Of a stretch of DNA of 64,000 nt, positions 38,354-51,550 are shown in pieces. Numbering within the stretch: the first letter of the stretch is position 1; the number at the start of each line of letters is the position of its first letter. The stretch spans positions 2,234,001-2,298,000 of the forward strand of contig CM075995.1 in assembly GCA_038087875.1 (NCBI GenBank), given 5' to 3'. A model generated the notes under the pieces. The model had not been told where the DNA came from. It saw only the letters and a list, made by a program, of their open reading frames with translations, and searched no databases. Position numbers and translations under genes: made by a program. Source of the stretch: Malacoraja senta (Eukaryota).

Positions 38354-39190
38354 ATCAGCTAAATAGGTGGAACGCAATACCTAATACAGATGTCCATTTA
38401 AATAGGTAACACAAGTAGGATGACAGCAAATAATTAGATACCTGGTGTCTGACTCATATTGTGTTTAGAAGCTCAGTTTCAATTAACCTAGCTTTGCCTT
38501 TGGGACCAACGAGAAAGGTAATGCATTTCAACAGATATCTTAGTCTCTGATCTACGTTTGTAATTCCTCAGAACGAGGGCGGGAAGGTGGCACAGCAGTG
38601 GAGTTGCTGTCTTACAGTGCTCGAGATCCGGGTTCAATCCTTACTACGGGTGCTTGTCTGTACTGAGTTTGTACATTCCCCCCCTAAAAAAATTGTATGG
38701 GTTTCTCCGAGATCTTCAGTTTCCTCCCACACTCCAAAGACGTACAGGTTTGTAGGTTAATGGGCTTGGTATAAATGTAAATTGTCCCTAGTGTGCGTCG
38801 GATAGTGTTATGGTGCGGGGATTGCTGGTCGGCCCGGACTCGGTGGGCCGAAGGGCCAGTTTCCGTGCTATATCTCAAAAAACTTTAAAGTAAAAATAGC
38901 ACAAAACCTTCTGAGTGGCATAGAGTCATGGAGTCACACAGTGTGGAAACAGGCCCTTCGGCCCAACTTGCCCATACCAACCAATATGTCCCATCTACCC
39001 TTGTCCCACCTGCTTGCGTTTGGCCCATATCCCTCTAAACTTGTCCTATTTGCTAATTTGCCCAGTTGCTTCTTAAACATTGCGATTGCCCCTGTCTCAG
39101 CCACCTCCTGTGTTCATCTAACACCACACTCCTGTGTAACTCCTGCGTTTTTCAGTTCACCATTGGTGAGTTGCTTGTGGTTGGGCTGTA

Positions 39191-39614
39191 GTAGGCTCCC
39201 CTCGGTCATGACTGACCATGGGTGATGCATCCTGGTCGGATGCAAGGCCTGGGCGATGTCATGTGGAGGACAGGCTGTTGCCCATGCAGCACGTCCCCCC
39301 TCTCCACGTCGCAGATCGATCCAAAGGAACAGCAGGGCCGTTACAGTTTGGCACCAGCGACGTCGCAGGAGCTGCCAGAGCGAGGTTGTAGACAACGACG
39401 AACTGCCTTAGGGGCGCTGACACCGGATTTTCTTGAGCTTTACTCCAGGAGCCTTTTCCATGACTGGATATGGCCACAAGGCAGTGGAGGTTTTAAATCA
39501 GAGTTTTCCCTCTCCTAGATGGACCGCCTTTCCAGGCTGACGAGCCCCATCTGCCCGAGACTCGTGGGGGCGGGAGCGTCTACCTTCCCGTGCAGGTCTA
39601 TAGCACCTGCCCAC
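39191..39614 (-). mobile_element. RTE-derived non-autonomous (internally deleted) retroposon
   Basis: RTE-5'UTR-like CCATCTAGGAGAGGGAAAACTCTG on the minus strand, 3' stem-loop GGTCA-GTCA-TGACC with a CTACTAC tail, imperfect TSD TGGGC(T/A)GTA. Confidence 0.5.
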
Positions 39615-41177
39615 TGGGCAGTAATCTTTCAAATTCCCACAGAATGATTCTTCCTAGTAGAGTCATGGAGTCAGACAGCGAGGAAACCGGCCCTTCGGCC
39701 CAACCTGCCCATGACAACCAAGATACCGATTGACGCTAGTCCCACCTACCTGCATTGGCCCTCTCAACCTTTCATATCCATATACTGTGATCAGCCTTGA
39801 TCACATTGAATGGCGGTGCTGGCTTGAAGGGCCAAATGGCCTACTCCTGCACCTATTGTCTATTGTCTATATTTGTCCAAATCAATTGTGAATGAATTAT
39901 AGTACCTGCCGCAACTACTTCCTCTGGCAGCTTGTTCCATATGCCCTACCACACCTTTAAGTCATTATTTTTGAAAAATAACATCCTTGTGATCAAGATT
40001 TAGCTAAATCTTCATGAGGACACAGTAAAACTCGAAAAATCTGTACTCCGACTATTTGGAAATCCTGATGGCCCGCCAATGTTTGCCATTCTTCCTCCTT
40101 ACTTACTAGTTCCCTGGTTCCAAATCTTATAAGTTCAAGTTCATACGTTTTCCTATTCACTCCATAAGACACAAAATGCTGGAGTAACTCAGCAGGTGAG
40201 GCAGCATCTCTGGAGAGAAGGAATGGGTGAGGTTTCGGGTTGAGACTCGAAACGTCGCCCATTCCTTCTCTCCAGAGATGCTGCCTCACCCGCTGAGTTA
40301 CTCCAGCATTTTGTGTCTACCTTCGATTTAAACCAGCATCTGCAGTTCTTTCTTACACCTTAAAATACCCAATGACTTGCCCTCCACAGCTGTCTGTGGC
40401 AATGAACTCCACTGATTCACCAACCTCTGACTAAAGAAATTCCTCCTCATCTCCTTTCTAAAGGAACGTCCTTTTATTCTGAGTCTATGGCTTCTGGTCC
40501 GAGACACTCCCACTAGAGTCATAGAGTCATGAAGTGATACAGGGTGGAAACAGACCCTTTGGCCCAACTTGCCCACACTGGCCAACATGTCCTAGCTACA
40601 CTAGTCCCACCAGTCTTCACGCTCTGCTTCATAGAAACATAAAAAATAGGTTCCTTCCATGAAGCCAATTTTCTATCCATTCAGATCGCTCCTTGGATCC
40701 CATGCGATCTAACCTTCCAGAGCAGCCTTCCCTTCGGAATCTTCTTGAATGCTAGTGGAAACATCCTCTCCGCATCCACTCTATCCAGGCCTTTCACTAT
40801 TCGGTAAACTTCAATGAGGTCCTCCCTCATCCCTCTAAATTCCAGCGAGTACAGGCCCAGAGCCGTCAAACGGTCATCAGATGTTGACCCAATCATTCCT
40901 GGATCATTCTCGTAAACATTGAACTCAGCGGGACATTGGTTCCGCAATGTTCTCTTTCAGCTGACCAAGGTCCCATTTCTTGCGCCCCCACTAAGCTTAC
41001 CAAGTTCATGGAGATTCCGATCCTGTTGGGACAAGGCTGGTTAGTTAAGCATACACTAAATGAATATCTTCATCATAAAAGCCATAAGGCAGTGCCAGTA
41101 AACGTTGTACAGAACACTCTTCCAGCAAGACATTTAGTTTGTTATCTTTTTAAACGCAACATTTCTTTGTGCCCGAG

Positions 41178-41525
41178 GGACACTATATGCTGGAGTAACT
41201 CAGCGGGTCAGGCAGCATCCATAGAGAACATGCACAGGTGACATTTCGGGTCGTGACCCTTCTTTAGACTGAAGACACCAAACCGTCACCTATCCATGTT
41301 CTCCAGGGATGCTGCCTGACTTGTTGAGTTACTCCAGCACTTTGTGTCCACTTGAGTATTAACCAGCATCTGCAAGTCTTTGTTTCGGGTCGGGACCCTT
41401 CTTCAGACTGAAGAGCCGGAACCTCACCTATCCATGTCCTCCAGGGATGCTGCCTGACCTGCTGAGTTACTCCAGCACTTTGTGTCCTCTTGAGTATTAA
41501 CCAGCATCTGCAGTACTTTGTTTCT
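41178..41525. mobile_element. Penelope-like terminal repeats, inverted plus ~125-bp tandem duplication
   Basis: An inverted copy is followed by two direct copies (~41258-41382 and ~41383-41525). Confidence 0.7.
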
Positions 41526-41988
41526 ATGCTTTTTCTTTACACCATTGGTGAGAAAATTCAGCTGACGAGTCCCATACATCTGGTAACCACAGATACCTTG
41601 CCTAAATGTTTCCTTCCATAAAAAAGTACATGTAGGTGCCGCTTACTTGCTTTACCGACACTGAGGTACAGTGGTAACTTGTGGCACATTTTCTGATCGT
41701 TGGTTCATTGCATTTTTGAGGCTCTTTTCTCATGTACAAGGTTCACATTTCCATACGCCTTATCTGGCGCTAGAGGTTTATTCACACTAAATCGGTTGTA
41801 ATCCTGTATTGTCTTTCCGCTGTCTGGTTAGCACGCAACAAAAAAGCTTTTCACTGCACGTCGGTATATGCGACAATAAACGAAACTGAACATAAACTGA
41901 GCTGAAGGTCTAGATCAAACTGAAAACTACTATAGCTCCATATACCAAATTAATAAAGCCCAAAATATCAAAAATGCTGGAATTGCTG

Positions 41989-42300
41989 GGCCGGCACGGT
42001 GCCGCAGCGGTAGAGTTGCTGCCCTACTGCGTCAGAGACCCGGGTTCAATCCTGACCTCGGGTGCCGTCTGTACGGAGTTTTGTACGCTCTCCCCGTGAC
42101 CGCATGGGCTTTCTCCGAGTTCTCCGGTTTCCTGCCACACTTCAAAGATGTACAGATTTGTAAAGTATTTTGGCTTCGGTAAAATTTGTAAATTGTCCCT
42201 AGTGCGTAGGGTAGTGTTGCTGCACGGGGATCGCTGGCCGGTGTGGACTCGGTGGGCCGAAGGGCCTGTTCCCGCGCTGCATCTTTAAACTAAACTATAA
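41989..42300 (+). mobile_element. HE1/V-SINE-type SINE
   Basis: Full-length copy. Confidence 0.85.
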
Positions 42301-42787
42301 AAATAATCTCAGATCACAGACAGAAAATGCGGAGATCCTCATCAAAGTAACCGACATCTGTGGGGAAGCAGAACGGTTAATATTTCCAATCTGCAGCTTT
42401 AAAAAAGCTTTAAAGGGCAGACAGACAGGTTAATAGAATCAGCGAGAGAGGAAATTAAATAAAAACATGCAATACAAGCAGAGGAAATCATAAAGGCATC
42501 AGACTTTGATGACACTACTCAGCCGTGTACTGTACAGATATACTGAAATAATAACAACCCCTGGCGTATAAATAGTCTCATAAGTGGGAGGTCAGGGAAA
42601 CTGGAATGATGCAAAACATGGCAAGTCTACAGCTATCTTGACCACACCTCCTCCCACCATCTTGCATGGGGTCCACTCCATTCTCCCACTTTCCCTGGCT
42701 CTGAAGCCTCCATTTTAATGACAGCACTTTCCACGTGAGTGCAACAGATGTGTAGGAAGGAACTGCATAGTGTTGGAGTAACTCAAC

Positions 42788-43112
42788 GGGCGGCACGGTG
42801 GCGTGGCGGTAGATTCACTGCCTTACAGCGCCAGAGACCCGGGTTCGATCCCGACTAAGGATGTTATCTGTGCGGAGTTTGTACGTTCTCCCTGTGACCT
42901 GTGTGGGTTTTCTCCGGGTGCTCTGGTTTTTGCCCACACTCCAAAGACGTACAGTGTTCGTAGGCTAATTGGCTTGGTATAAATGTAAATTGTCCCTCGT
43001 GTGTGTAGGATAGTGTTAGTGTGCGGGGATCGCTGGTCGGCGCGGACTCGGATGGCCGATGGGCCTGTTTCTGCGCTCTATCTCTAAACTAAACTAAACT
43101 CAACTAAACTAA
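42788..43112 (+). mobile_element. HE1/V-SINE-type SINE inserted in a Penelope-like repeat
   Basis: Full-length copy. The host sequence actcaacggg | aacgggtcagg shows AACGGG on both sides. Confidence 0.85.
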
Positions 43113-43512
43113 ACGGGTCAGGTAGCATCTCTGGAGAAAAAAGATGGGTGACGTTTCGGGTTGGATTCTTTCTTTAGACTGAAAGTAGAGAGTGGTGGGG
43201 GGGGTAACTGAGATAGGAAATGGCCAGAACAGAACAGGGCCGTCAACAGATGACCAGCGAGGGTGCAGCCCATAATGGCCCAATGTTGGCTGGAGAAGAG
43301 GTGATAACAAAGGGATGTGAACAGTGGAACTAGGGGGACAAATAGGGTAGGGGAGGGGCGGAGACGGGGAATGCAGGGGTTACTGTAAATTAGACAAATC
43401 AACGTTCGTACCGCTGGATAAACACAAATTGCTGGAGTAACTCAGCGAGACAGGCAGCATCACAGGAGAGAAGGAATGGGTGACGTTTCGGGTCGAGACC
43501 CTTCTTCAGACC
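43113..43512 (-). mobile_element. Penelope-like 3' region between two terminal repeats
   Basis: GIY-YIG-like C-terminal remnant SGTNVDLSNLQ*; intact hammerhead core at 43482-43509 and a decayed one at ~43150-43178. Confidence 0.65.
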
Positions 43513-43834
43513 TCATTCAGAGGGAATCTGAGGGGTAACCTTTTCACGCAAAGGGTGGTGGGTGTATGGAACGAGCTGCCAGAGGAGGTTGTTGAGGAAG
43601 GGACTATCACAATGTTCAAGAACCAATTAGACAGGCACATGAATAGGACAGGTTTAGAGGGATGTGGGCCAATTGCAGGCAGGTAGGACTAGTGTAGATG
43701 GGACATGTAGGTCGGTGTGGGCAAGTTGGGCCGAAGGGCCTTTTTCCGAACTGTATGACTCTATGACTATGACTGAAGGGCTAGTGAGTCCCAACTAAAG
43801 ATGTGCTCCTCAATGGAATGGTGGGCTTGTGGGT

Positions 43835-43868
<34 letters not shown>

Positions 43869-44722
43869 TTATTCATTGAATGTTATGTTACCTGTTTTAT
43901 TTGCAACCCAAATATTTAAAGAATTTAAAACCTAATGCTTTCATCCGATCACCATTTGGTCTCCAAGGTGTGTAAACAACCCTTTCCATACATTTTCCAT
44001 TTCCACTTGAAAAATATGTGCTTTTCTTGCAAATAATGTCAAGAACCTTACACTGCAGTTGGTTTTTCGTAATGAATGGCACAAAGTACATTGTTGAGGT
44101 TGACAAAATTAGTTTGTATAGAAGTAAGATGTTTCAGTATTAGGAGATGGATCTATTCCTTGGAGATGTGGTGCTCTTCCCCATAATACTGTTGTTGCAG
44201 CCGGATTGACAGCAAACATGGAACTTAATGTGTAGGAAGGAGCCGCAGATGTTGGTTTAAACCGAAGACAGACACAAAAGGTCGGAGTAACTCAGCGGGG
44301 CAGGCAGCGCCTCTGGAGAAAATGAATAGGTGGCGTTTCGAATAGGTGACGTTTCGGGTCGAGACCATTCTTCAGACAATTGAAGAAGGGTCTCGACCCG
44401 AAACATCGCCTACTCATTTTCTCCAGCGATGTTGTCTGACCCGTTGAGTTACTCCAGCTTTTTGTGTCTAACATGGAACTACGTGAACCCCGTAATCTAA
44501 TCTTTCAAAACTCTCGGCTGACCGCCACAGGTGCACTGGTTACATAGAAACATAGAAACATAGAAAATAGGTGCAGGAGGAGGCCATTTGGCCCTTCGAG
44601 CCAGCACCACCATTCATTGTGGTTATGGCTGATCGTCCCCTATCAATAACCCGTGCCTGCCTTCTCCCCATATCCCTTGATTCCACTAGCCCCTAGAGCT
44701 CTATTTAACTCTCTCTTAAATC

Positions 44723-45280
44723 AGTTTTGCGTACAGTTTTGGTCTCCTAATCTGAGGAAAGACATTCTTGCCATAGAGGGAGTACAGAGAAGGTTCACCA
44801 GACTGATTCCTGGGATGGCAGGACTTTCATATGAAGAAAGACTGGATAGACTCGGCTTGTACTCGCTAGAATTTAGAAGATTGAGGGGGATCTTATAGAA
44901 ACTTACAAAATTCTTAAAGGGTTGGACAGGCTAGATGCAGGAAGATTATTCCCGATGTTGGGAAAGTCCAGAACTAGGGGGTCACAGTTTAAGGATAAGA
45001 GGGAAGTCTTTTAGGACCGAGATGAGAAAATCATTTTTTACACAGAGAGTGGTGAATCTGTGGAATTCTCTGCCACAGAAGGTAGTTGAGGCCAGTTCAT
45101 TGGCTATATTTCAGAGGGAGTTAGATGTGGCCCTTGTGGCTAAAGGGATCAGGGGGTATGGAGAGAAGGCAGGGATGGGATACTGAGTTGGATGATCAGC
45201 CATGATCATATCGAATGGCGGTGCAGGCTCGAAGGGCCGAATGGCTTACTCCTGCACCTATTTTCTATGTTTCTATGTTT
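44723..45280 (+). mobile_element. CR1 3' fragment inserted into an opposite-strand CR1 (44543-45520)
   Basis: CVQFWSPNLRKDILAIEGVQRRFTRLIPG..; (ATGTTTCT)n tail; TAAATC duplicated at both junctions. Confidence 0.88.
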
Positions 45281-45633
45281 CTAAATCCATCCAGTGATTT
45301 GGCCTCCACTGCCCTCTGTGGCAGGGAATTCCACAAATTCACAACTCTCTGGGTGAATTTTTTTTTCTCTCACCTCAGTCTTAAATGGCCCCTTTATTCT
45401 AAGACTGTGGCCCCTGGTTCTGGACTCGCCCAACATTGGGAACATTTTTCCTGCATCTAGCTTGTCCAGTCGTTTTATAATTTTATATGTTTCTACAAGA
45501 TCCCCCCTCATCCTTACATGAATGGGCAACTATATTCGGGAAAGGGAAAAGGGAAAAGCTGCACAGTGTTATGAAGTTATGAACCCATCCCTCTTAAATG
45601 CACTTGCAACTCCGCTGCACAGAGAGTAACTTA

Positions 45634-45785
45634 AGGACATGTCGCGGGGTGAAGCCTGTATGGTCGTGAGTAGTCACCCAAAGAGTCATACCTTGTTCTG
45701 GTCGCCGCTGGATTTTCAACATGTTGAACATTTTCGGAGGCCTGCTGCGAGTCGCCGAAAAAATCGCGTAAGTGGGACAAGCCCT
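45634..45785. mobile_element. degenerate or deleted Harbinger-type MITE related to 57579-58199
   Basis: Right end GTGGGACAAGCCCT+TAA; internal ctggtcgccgctggattttcaacatgttgaa is reverse-similar to ~58045-58080; left TIR degenerate. Confidence 0.65.
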
Positions 45786-46489
45786 TAAGTCTCTCAATGC
45801 CAAAGATGGTGCCAGATTGTGGCAACTCTTTGCACACTAGATTAGTCTAGTTTAGTTTAAAGATACAGCGTGGAATCAGGCCCTTCAGCCCACAATTAGT
45901 CTACAAACCTGTACATCTTTGGATTGGGGGAGAAAGTCGGAGATCCCGGTCCTGGGCGACACGGTGGTGCAGTGGTAGAGTTACTGCCATACATCACCAG
46001 AGACCTGGGTTCGATCCTGACTACAGGTGCTGTCTGTGTGGAGTTTGTACATTCTCCCTGTGACCTGCGTGAGTTTTCACTGGGTGTTTCCTCCCAGAGT
46101 CCACAGGCATACAGGTTCAGAAGCTAATTGGCTTTGGTAAAATTGTAAACTGTCGCTCGTGTGTGTAGTATAGCATGAGTGTGCGGAGATTACCGGCTGG
46201 CGCGGACTCGGTGGGCCGAATGGCCTGTTTCTGCGCTGTATCACTAAACTAAATTGAACTAGACTCCCGGAGAAAACCCACGCAGGTCAGGGGAAGAACG
46301 TACAAACACCATACGGATAGCACCCTTAGTCAGGATCGAACCCGGGTCTCTGGGGCTGGGAGGCAGCAACTCTACCGCTGTGCCACCGTACCGCCATCCT
46401 TCTTTCGGGGTTGTTGTGTGAGTCCACAGGGATGCCGCTATCCTGGACGAGTGGCTCTCTGGATGAGGAGTCCTATGCAAGTTTGCACA

Positions 46490-46845
46490 GTGTTATAGAG
46501 ATAGAGTGATACAGTGTGGAAACAGGCCCACACCGGCCCAAACCGGCCAACATGTCCCAGCTACACTTGTCCCACCTGCCTGTGTTTGGTCCATATCCCT
46601 TCAAACCTGTCCTATCCATGTACCTGTATAATTGTTTCTTAAACGTTGGGACAGTCCCAGCCTCAATTACTTCATCTGGCAGCTCGTTCCATACACCTAC
46701 CACCCTTTGTGTGAAATGGCTCCCCCTCAGATTCCTATTAAATCTTTTCCTCTTCACCTTGAACCTATGTCCTCTGGTCTTCAATTCCCCTACTTTAGGC
46801 AAGAGACTGTGTACATCTACCTGATCTATTCCTCTCATGATTTGT
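46490..46845 (-). mobile_element. CR1 LINE 3' fragment
   Basis: TRGHRFKV..FTQRVVGVWNELP. Confidence 0.88.
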
Positions 46846-47805
46846 TACACTAGACTGTTGAACGATGCATGCAGGGACGTGGAGACGTCATGTCCCACCC
46901 AAGCCTGTCTGGGATGCACTCCAATCAACGGGTGGGAGCCGGGGGAGCAGGCTCAGTAAAAGTCGTCAAGAAACCTCTAACATCAAAAAAGTAACCACAA
47001 ATCCTTTAAGGGTTCATAAACGGCATCAAGCCCTGATTATTTTTTTTAACGTCTTTGTTAGCATTTAAAAAACATCAGTCCCGTGGCCTTAAAACATTTT
47101 GTAGACCTTTTGAACTGTTGGAATAAAGAGATAATGATCAAAGTCACTTCAGCTATTTGCAGGAGTGGGAGCAAAAATAATAGAAAATGCACGCAGGCAA
47201 AACATAAAGATAAAAGGGGGAGATATAGTTAAGGAAGGTCTTGCAGATGAGACTTGTAATGACAAGCTGTAGAAACAAGGAAGGCATTTGTTTTAAGACA
47301 GTACTGGGTGTTCAATGAAGCATGGTGTGTTAAGAAATACACATAACCAGAGGACATGGGTTTAAGGTGAAGGGAGGGGAAAAGATTTAATAGGAATCTG
47401 AGGGATAACCGTTGCACACAAAGGGTGGTGGGTGTATGGAACAAGCTGCCAGAGGAGGTAGTTGAGGCTGGGACTATCCCAACATTTAAGAAACAGTTAG
47501 ACAGGTACATGGACAGGACAGATTTGGAGGGATATGGGCCAAACGTGGGCAAGTGGGACTGGTGTAGCTGGGACATGTTGGCCGGTGTGGGCAAGTTGGG
47601 CCGAAGGGCCTGTTTCCACACTGTGTCACTCGATGACTCTATGACTATAACAAAGAAAGACACATTTCCTAGTTCATCCACTTCACATGAGAAGTGAAAT
47701 GTTATGTAAAAAATGTGAAAGATAGGTAGTATATTAAGAATGAATATTACTTTAGAGCATAATGTTTATACCTCTATTTCATTTGAAAACAGGAGTCTGG
47801 AGTAC

Positions 47806-48260
47806 ACCACGATGAGTGCGCCTCAAGTCACGGCACCCCTTTGCCACGCAAGCCCAAGAGCTGCTCTGCACAACACCTGCTGACGCTTCCAAGGCCGCCT
47901 GGGTCAAGACGAGATGGAGAGACCAGTGGAAGTCAGCGGAACCATCTAGGCTACACCATTACATCAATGACCCCATGGACGTCCCTGGCCAAGACCTGCC
48001 CCGAAAGCAGTGGACAACCCTCAACCGCTTGAGGACAGGCGTCGGACGCTATGGAGTAGCGATGAAGAGGTGGGGCCTCGTGGACAGCGCCTCCTGCGAG
48101 TGTGGGGACCCAACACAGACAGTGGAGCACATCGTCACCAGTTGCCCCAAATACCGGCCACCGAACGGTGAACGAGGTCTGATTGACCTGGACGATGACA
48201 CGTTGGCCTGGCTCGCCTCAACGGAGCTGCAGGTCTAAAAGACATACAACAGACGAAGAA
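47806..48260 (+). pseudogene. Vingi/Ingi-like LINE 3' end (CCHC zinc knuckle), 5'-truncated, frame open to the stop at 48238
   Basis: RLKSR..WTTLNRLRTGVGR..WG..CECG..QTVEHIVTSCP; tail CATAC..GAAGAA; 6-bp TSD GAGTAC (47800-47805 / 48261-48266). Confidence 0.75.
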
Positions 48261-48413
48261 GAGTACTGTAAAAGGGACTGTCTGAAGAACAGTCTCGACC
48301 CGAAACGTCACCCGTTCCTTTTCTCCAGAAATGCTGCCTGTCCCGCTGAGTTACTCCAGCATTTTGTATCTATCTTCGGCGTAAACCAGCATCTGCAGTT
48401 CCTCCCCTCACAT

Positions 48414-48708
48414 GGCGGCACGGTGGCGCAGTGGTAGAGTGCCAGAGACCCAGGTTCGATCCTGACTACGGGTGCTGACTGTACGGAGTTTCTACCTTCT
48501 CCCCGTGACCGCGTTGGTTTTCTCAGAGATCTTCAGTTTCCTCCCACACTCCAAAGACGTACAGGTTTGTAGGTTTAATTGGCTTGGTGTATGTGTAAAT
48601 TGTTCCTAGTGTGTGTAGGATAGTGTTAATGTGCAGGGATCGCTGGTCAGTGCGGACTCGGTGGGCCGAAGGGCCTGTTTCCACGCTGCATCTCTAAACC
48701 AAACTAAA
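48414..48708 (+). mobile_element. HE1/V-SINE-type SINE
   Basis: Near full-length copy. Confidence 0.85.
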
Positions 48709-51218
48709 TGTAAACGGGACCAACTCTGTTGAATAAGAAAAACCCCGCGATCTACGGATATATTCCCGATCTTCAAATCTACCTCGTTGTGATCCTTGTA
48801 CTTTTTTTAACCTGCGCTTTCTCTTTTGCTGTAACACCTGTGACAGCGCCCCCTATCTCGGATGCCACTCCGATCCCTATCACTGGCAGACAGGGCAGGA
48901 GAAGCCAAACCTCAGCATCATTGTTAACAGCTCGGTCCAATTCGTTGATATTGGTTTAACGTTAACTGTAGCCTCCCTGTGTTTCCCTGTTGCAGGTTGG
49001 AGGAAGACTGAGCCACTGGGACAAAACCCAAGACCACCAGCGCCACCGTGTGGTCACGACTAAGCTGCCGAGCTAAGCCCCAGGCTGCCAGCGCCTCCAC
49101 TGAGGCCACGTTTGAGTGGCCGGGACAAGCCTGAGACTGCCCAGTGCCTCTGACATGCCCACAGACAATGACGGTCTGCACCCGCACACGGAGGAAAGGA
49201 CTGAATGACCAGGGTAATCCAGAGCCCGCCAGCAGCGCCCCTTCAAGCTCAAAGCTGAACTGCATGGTCAAGTCTGAGACTGCAGGCACCTCCTCTCAAT
49301 AATTCAATGACACATTATTGTCACATGTACCTAGCTACAGTGAAATGGTTTGTTTTGCAAACAACCCAGTAAAATCATGTCGCAGACCTCACCTAGTACT
49401 AAAATGTCGCCACGTTTTGGCGCAGGCAAAATAGCAAAAGTTCACCGAACATTTCTATCTACTACTGCCGCCACATGGGACAGCATGCTCCCCCTCCCCC
49501 TCTCCCCCTGTAGGATCCCCCTCGAGTCAAGGGTGAACTGTCGGGGTCCAGCCTGATATCGCCAGAGCCTCCTCCTTTGAGACCAGCACTGAGCTGCCGG
49601 GACAAGCCTAATATCGCCAGCGCCCTGGCGACGAGGCTCAGCGCCCCGATGTGGACCTGGACTTTCCTCCCACTGTAAATAAACCAGATCACGTGACTTC
49701 ACCCCACTGCGAGTGTCGGTGTGGTCATTACCGAACCCAGAGTCATCCCTGACGCCACAAATTCTATTCTGCACACTGTATATTTTCTCTTTTGTATTAC
49801 CTGTGGTATTGCTATGAACTGTCTGGACAACATGCAAAAAAAATGTCACTGTGACAATAACAAGCCTACACCCATACGTCTTTACATGACCTATTTGCCC
49901 CACATATGCTTGTGATCTGAAATCCAGCTCCGATTTTTTTACAGTGACTGCCTTACAGCGCCAACGACCCGAGTTCAATCCTGACGACGGGTGCCGTCTG
50001 TATGGAGTTTGCACGTTCTCCCCGTGACTGCGTGGATTTTCCCGGGTTCTCCAGTTTCCTCCCACACTCCAAACATGTACAGGTTTGCAGATAATTGGCT
50101 TTGGTAAAATTGTAAATTGTCCCTAACGTGTAGGATAATGCTAGTACAGGGGCCACTGCTGGTCGGCGGGGGCTCAGTGGGCCGAAGGGCATGCTTCCAC
50201 ACTGTACCTCTAAACTAAACTAAACTAAACTAAACTAAACGAAGGTAAGGTAAACTAAGCTAAGCTCCGATCTTTTCAATACGTCCTAATGATCAAGTTA
50301 ATTCTTCCTTCAACACTGAACGTGAGCTTTTCGTTTCTATGCCTTTTATTTTCTTCATGCTTGCAGACTTAGTATTTTCCTTGGCTGAAATCCTTCTACT
50401 CGTTCGGGAAGGATAACCTGCATCGATTGTGAAGCGTTCATTTTGAACTCAGTCATCCCAATAGGAAGAAGTTTGACATTTGTTTATACTGGCTGGCAGC
50501 CATTTTCCCACAGACCCTTTGCCCTTAATTCTATTTAAAAGTCCATCACAGGAATTACTTTTATAGCATGGTTTTTGGAGGTGAGGAAGATGATTACTGC
50601 AAGTTAATGCAGACTTTAATGAGGACTTTAAACCTTAATAAGGTTTACGCTTATTAATGTCACATGTACCAAAATGCGGTCAAGCTTTTCACATTTTCAA
50701 AACGCTTTGTTTTGCACTCTATCCAAACAGATACATGGATAAGAAAGGTTTAGAGGGATATGGGCCAAACGCGGGCAGGTGGGACTCGTGTAGATGGAGC
50801 ATGTTGGTCTGTGTGGGCAAGTTAAGCCGAAGGGGTTGTTTCCACACTGTATGAGTCTATGACTCTGTGAGATGTGCTGCTAAGCCTTACACGTACCACC
50901 ACATACAAGCACTATGCAAGTTTATAGATTTGTTTTCTATAACTGGAAGAAAAAAGGTTTGGTTTATAACTGTGTGAGTTTAGCTTAGCACTGGTGGGGC
51001 ATCTGGGTTAGCATGGACAAGTTAGGTCGAAGGGCCTGTTTCCATGCTCTATCATTCTATGGTCATTGCTAAGAGCTAATAAACTGCCACGAACAACAAA
51101 GGAAATCTTTTCAGTTTCAGTTTAGTTTATTGTCACGTGTACCGAGGTACAGTAACAAGTTGTTGTTACCAATCAGCGGAAAGAAAATACAGCTGATTGG
51201 CACGGTGATTGGCTACCG

Positions 51219-51550
51219 GGCGGCACGGTGGCGCAGGGGTAGAGTTGCTGCCTTACAGCGAATGCAGCGCGGGAGACCCGGGTTCAATCCTGACTACGGG
51301 TGCTGCCTCTACGGAGTTTGTACGTTCTTCCCGTGACCTGCATGGGTTTTCTCCGAGATCTTCGATTTCCTCCCACACTCCAAACACGTACTGGTCTGTA
51401 GGTTAATTGGCTTGGTAAATGTAAAAATTGTCCCCAGTGTGTAATAGGATAGTGTTAATGGACGGGGATCGCTGGTCGGCGCGGACCCGGTGGGTCGAAC
51501 AGCCCTGCTTCCACGCTGTATCTCTAAACTAAACTAATCTAAACTAAACT
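51219..51550 (+). mobile_element. HE1/V-SINE-type SINE
   Basis: Full-length copy with a (TAAAC)n tail. Confidence 0.88.

Noticed and set aside
39533..39562. CTGACGAG as a hammerhead core
   Set aside because: No properly placed stem II plus GAAA follows, and it is on the antisense strand of the RTE-like element.
43835..43865. poly-G as a functional G-quadruplex
   Set aside because: Simple homopolymer with unreliable length and no supporting context.
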